A stretch of DNA of 64,000 nucleotides from positions 67,890,001 to 67,954,000 of the forward strand of contig CM060731.1 in the NCBI GenBank assembly GCA_030704615.1, written 5' to 3'. Shown here in pieces: positions 59,295 to 64,000 of this stretch (positions within the stretch are counted from its first letter, which is position 1; every line of letters begins with the position of its first letter). Source of the stretch: Takakia lepidozioides. Taxonomy: Eukaryota; Plantae; Bryophyta. Under the pieces are notes generated by a model. That model was not told the DNA's origin. It did not search any database and saw only the letters and a program-made list of their open reading frames with translations. The translations under genes were made by a program, and so were the position numbers.

Positions 59295-62200
59295 ATGTAC
59301 ATTCGCGAGGTGTCTAGCGGGGAAGGGGGAGTACCTAGCTGCGATGCGCTGAAGAAGGTGGAGGAGCTTGTTACAGAGATAGAGGAGGCGGCTCCCATGA
59401 TCAGCAACGACAATATTGACAAGCTTCGCAAGTCTTTGGCATTAATGCCTTCTGAGCTTTCTGAAGAACAGAAATTGCATGCTTGGAGACTGAGCTACCG
59501 TATCTGGAATACATGCGTGGATATGGCCAATAATTTGCAGGCAGGACAAGACCCTACGGAAGACAATGCTCGGCTGCGCCATATTGCTAGCGATTTGTTG
59601 CTAATTGCGGGAGCGATTGGAAGTATTCGCTCCAGTGTACTTCAGATCTCTATGTTTTTCTTCAAAACAGGGTGCATCTGGCATAAGATCAACAAGCATG
59701 AACTGGCAGGTGCCTGTTTTGAGAAAGCAACAGAGCTGGGTTCCCAAGGAGGAGAGGAAGGAACAGGAAGCTGCTCTCAGCTTCTGGAATCCAGAGAGCG
59801 GTTGAAATTTGAGTTTGATCTTAATATCGCAAGAGCTAAAACAGTTTGGCTTTTGTGTGATCGAACGCTTGCTTGCGGTCTTTTAGGTAGAGCCTGGAAA
59901 CTCGTTCCTCTCCTTCCGGATCACTGTCAGGAGCTTGCAGAGCAGTATTTGCAGTTTGGAAAGGCGTTGCTGGCCGAAGAAGACGTAGAATCACAAGCGC
60001 AGTCGATCAAACATATGGAAAACGCTCTGGATATCTGTTCCGAAGGCATTAACCGAGATCTGGAAGACAAAGAAAGGGACAGCTTGATAAAGCTGAAGTT
60101 TCGTATCTTGCGCCACCTTGCAGCTGGCCACTTGCAGAACGAAAATTTTGAGAGTGCATTGAAATGTGTTACTGCTCTCAGAGAATCCTCGGATCATCCA
60201 TGCAATTCGTATTTTGCTCTGAATGCCTTGGCTGGCATGGGGCGCCATGACGAGGTTGAAAAGGAACTCTTGACACTTGTAAGCCAGAGTGGTGTACACA
60301 TTAATGTTTGTGCCTCTGCCATTGCAACTGTTATCCAAGAGTGCGGTCAGTATGAAACTGCAAAGAAGGCGTTTTTTCTTCTCTTCTCAAGGTTTACCTC
60401 AAACAGGGAGCTCCCTGTTGGAGTGCTCGAGAAACTTCTCAGACACACACCGTCGCTGGACAGCACTAGTAAGAAGAGGATTGAAGTTGCCTTGCAAATT
60501 GCATGTGATGAAAGAATTTTGGAAACGGTGGCTGGGCCAGGCGCTCGACGGGAGTTTCCTTTACAGGAATCTTGGAAGCATCCTGTGCAACAATGCATAC
60601 ATTCTCTTCTTTGGAACAGGTGAAAAGGTTTGGATTGATTAGTATGCAGAACCGTATTAGACTCTGAGGATTCTTTGCAACTTAAAGTAAACAGGAAAGG
60701 AAAATTAGAGCAAAAGTTCACCTCCGCGAAAATTTGAGACTGCAGGACACGCATCTAAAGTGGTTTTGTTGTGTACTGTGAAGTGGTTCTGATTACTTCC
60801 AAGCCAGGGACTACGAGACCAGCATAAAGCTCTTCGAAGCCTCTATGCTATACCTCGCTTCTGACAGAGAAAGCAATATGCTGGAGGCCAAATCCCTTCG
60901 TGTCCTTTGCCTTTGCCATCTTGCTCTCTTGCAATTTGATCGAGCTGCTGAGGTTATAGATCAGGCAGAGAAGGTACATTTCTGAAGATTGGACAAGAAG
61001 TTATGCAGTCAAGATGTTAATTCGGGTATTGAGGCAGCTTACTACTTGAATAATGTTGTTCCATGCTATTTTCCAATTTGCAATTTCCAACTTAAGCTAT
61101 CCTTAAGTTTGAGAACTGACTGTGGTTGTAAATTTGGGATGACAGCTTGACCCCAACATAGCTTGCGTTTTCTTGAAGGTAAACATCTCCACGGTTAAAC
61201 ACCCTGTGCCTTAATGTGTCGTTTATGCCATTAGCAACATCTTTTCAACATCTGCGAACTCGAAGTCTTGGGGTGATGGATATGGATGGACACTTTCAGC
61301 CCTCTATGCAGCGCTAGCGACTGACATAATTTCCTACCTTCGCCGTATTGTGGGCCTGCAGTTCAAGATTCGCTTGCAGACAAACAGTCAAGAAGAAGCA
61401 ATCAAGCAGGTGGAGAAGATGCTCAGGTGTTCAGATTTTGAGCCTGACTATTTGACTTTGGCGTCCCATGAGGCCATATCCTGTAAGAATATTAGGGTCG
61501 CCATTGCTGCACTATCCAACATGCTTAGCTTATATTCCTCAGGGAGCGCAATGACCACGAAAGAAGTCGTTGTTATCAGGAATATTATTCGTCTCGCTTT
61601 GCAAGACGGCATGAATCAGACTGAAATTTTGAAATACTTCAAACGAGCCCAGGAGCTTGAGCTAGAGACAGGATTTGATAGCTTCTTTGGTGCGGGTGCC
61701 ATTGGACAACGGGAAGCGAGTTGGTTTGCATGCGCTGCCTGGAACCAGGGCCTGGTCGCTGGGAGGTCTCACCACTGGAAACTATGTGCCGAATTCTACG
61801 CCCTCTCATCAGAATTCTATGCCGGTCTACCTGATTCACCTGAAAAATTTCGAGCTTTACAAACAGCATTGCTTGTGTGTGTCTCTGCACTGCTTACAAT
61901 GGAGAGCACAGATGACAAAGAAAATCTGAAAACTGCGACTCTCTATTTGGAAAAGTGTCGGAAGGTAGGTATGGAGAGAATCCAGCGTTGCCTTGTGCGG
62001 TTTTCAGTCCAAGGGTATTACTATAAATTGACTATTGCCTAAATTTGCACATTGAAGTTCAACCCAGAGTTCCTCAAACTTCTGCAATACTTCATTTCTG
62101 CGTGCAAAAAAGTCAACTAGTATGGGAGGAAAGTTCGATACTTATATCTTCCCTGCTGTTCTATTTGGAGTGGCAGGTCCATGCATCTCTTGCCAGCAGA

Positions 62201-62806
62201 CGAGATTCCGGGATCACATCCAATGACAGCTTCGTCGTCCTTTACCTGAATCTGTTGGCTTTTCATCTCAAAGGAAAAACCCAAGACCACAAGGCCCAGC
62301 TCGAAATATTGAAGCGGTGCGGCAGCTATTCAGAGTTCACATCTGAGCACTTCTTCAAGATGGCAATGCATGCTTGCAATGGACAGAGTGTCGAGGTTGC
62401 GACAACAGCATTCCACATATGCCTCAATCTCACGCTGAGTGCTGCCTGTCCTGACTACAACCGTGTTGCAACAATTGTAAGAAAGCTGATTAACCTTGTA
62501 GACTTGAATTGCAAGGACGGTCCTGAGGTGCTGGGTCTTTATAGGCAAGCAAATCAGATACTAGTGGGATTGACCAGCAAGGACTACCCAAAAGACGAAG
62601 CCCAATGGCTAGTTTCCACTGCCTGGAACAGGGCTATTCATCTTGTGAAGTTTTTGCGTTTCTCCGCTGCAGAGGAGTGGATGGATGTCGCGCTGGACTT
62701 GCTAAAGCATGTCCCAGCTATGGAGACCCGTAGGCCTGCCATGTTGGAGAGCTTGGGCGAATTGCTGAAGCAAAAAGGCCAACACTCATCTTACATGGAA
62801 GAGTAG
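59295..62806 (+). CDS. ZIP4: Meiotic ZMM TPR protein ZIP4/SPO22 (TEX11 homolog), 926 aa; exons 59295-60619, 60784-60973, 61146-61178, 61362-61964, 62177-62806
   Basis: Start MYIREV; AWRLSYRIWNTCVD...ARLRHIASDLL...FFKTGCIWH...CFEKA; spliced [62 protein letters not shown]. All introns are GT-AG and in frame. Confidence 0.95.
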
Positions 62807-63544
62807 GGCTAACAGATACTTGAAGAACTTGTTAATACGAGGACGCGCTCTGATGCAAACTCACTGCTGTAGCTGTCAGTTCACAAATCCGAACTGTTTT
62901 AACAAAATGTTGGTTTTTGAAGTACAGAATTTGCTTCATCTGCCTAGGCGTTCCTGGGATTTTAACATTTTGTGGACTGCAGGCAGCTTCTTAGGACTAC
63001 TTGGATCACTCTCTCTATGAAGCATCTGCTTCGCATTGAACTAACAGAACCTTGAAGAGTCTTCCTCTTCCTCTTGGCTCATCATGAAGGAAGGAGTATC
63101 TCCCTATGCTCTCCAGGCACATCAGCTTTGACAGTACTGTTCCTGACAGTGTCTCCGAAAGCAGGGGGGGGAAGCACATCCCAGAGGGAAAACAGACTTC
63201 AATTGATGGATCTTGAAAACTCAAATGGTGGTGGACGAACACTGAAGATATCAAAATCTTCCCCAGGACTGACAACCACACACCTCTCTCATCACAATGA
63301 TGACGGTTCACCCACCACTTAGAAAAAAACAAGATTTGCCAGCTCGCATTGCGGCAAGGTTTCTCTCTATCCTCATCATTGCCACACGTAAGTGCCAAAA
63401 GATAGCTGTAATGATGAATAAATTTATGCAGACAAAAATTAGAATATAATACAGATCTGAATGTTTGGAGCTTCAGAAGCTGATTAGCTCAGTCGGTTGA
63501 AGTTTTGTGCTACTAATGTGGAGAGAATGGGTTTGAAAGGTGCA

Positions 63545-64000
63545 TGGGTCACACATGCAGATCTTCAGACTGTTGGTCGGTTTGCCATCCATCCCTCTTT
63601 TGCCGGAGAACAGGACCACCCAAGAAATGTTGGGGCATAGTAAACTGGGTGCCCGTATGTGTCCTGCTTCTTTCTTCAGGCCAAACAGTCCATACTGGCT
63701 TGCTTGCAACTAATCAAGAATCATGTCCAGCAGGCACTCCACCAAATGATGCCATTGCACCAAGGTATTAACCATTCAAGGGAGGTTCGGTAATCATCTA
63801 GACCCCCTGTAAGTGATCTCTTAGACATGAAAACTTTCTGGACCTCGTCCGTCAGCTTCCTTGTCTCTGTGCAAACAGCAATAGCCAATGGGCTTGCTAA
63901 CATTACAGTCGCTTAAGGTTGATGGCTGCAAGCTCTGACTCCACAAACTCACCTGCGCAGATTGGCGGGTACTGATCTGCCGCTGCTGCCTTGACAAAGT
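63545..64000 (-). CDS. Probable 3' exons of an unidentified gene extending beyond the window
   Basis: Donor GCAG|GTGAGT near 63955 and acceptor TTTGCACAG| near 63867 join FVKAAAADQYPPICAETRKLTDEVQKVFMSKRSLTGGLDDYRTSLE. No family recognised. Confidence 0.35.

Overview
Eukaryotic land-plant nuclear DNA, probably a non-seed plant. Evidence: spliceosomal GT-AG genes, PLS/E-class PPR fragments, and a ZTL/FKF1 gene with mixed signatures; the species cannot be called from this window. Two gene-dense blocks flank a transposon pile-up of about 45 kb. The left block holds an SFT1/Bet1-like Qc-SNARE (+) and a LOV-F-box-Kelch ZTL/FKF1 photoreceptor (-). The right block holds a Claspin/Mrc1-like gene (-) head-to-head with meiotic ZIP4/SPO22 (+), plus the probable 3' end of another gene. 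In the middle, a degenerate Ty3/Gypsy element with a dUTPase-like domain before RT is cut by CACTA element A (starts 14041, right end not found). A complete 12.5-kb CACTA element B (25012-37476, 29-bp TIRs, CAT TSD) sits in an intron of A's transposase. In both CACTAs the TnpA-like and TnpD-like genes are divergent, and both carry related PPR-gene cargo; B also carries RPS3a exon fragments. The best candidate for an undescribed system is B's TnpA-like gene, which carries an intact, in-frame FCP1/NIF-type HAD phosphatase-like domain that is absent from A's homologous gene. Further right are LTR and gag remnants, a 10-unit hairpin array next to a tRNA-like sequence, MITE-like repeats and a MULE-like remnant. 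Family assignments come from recalled motifs, not database searches.
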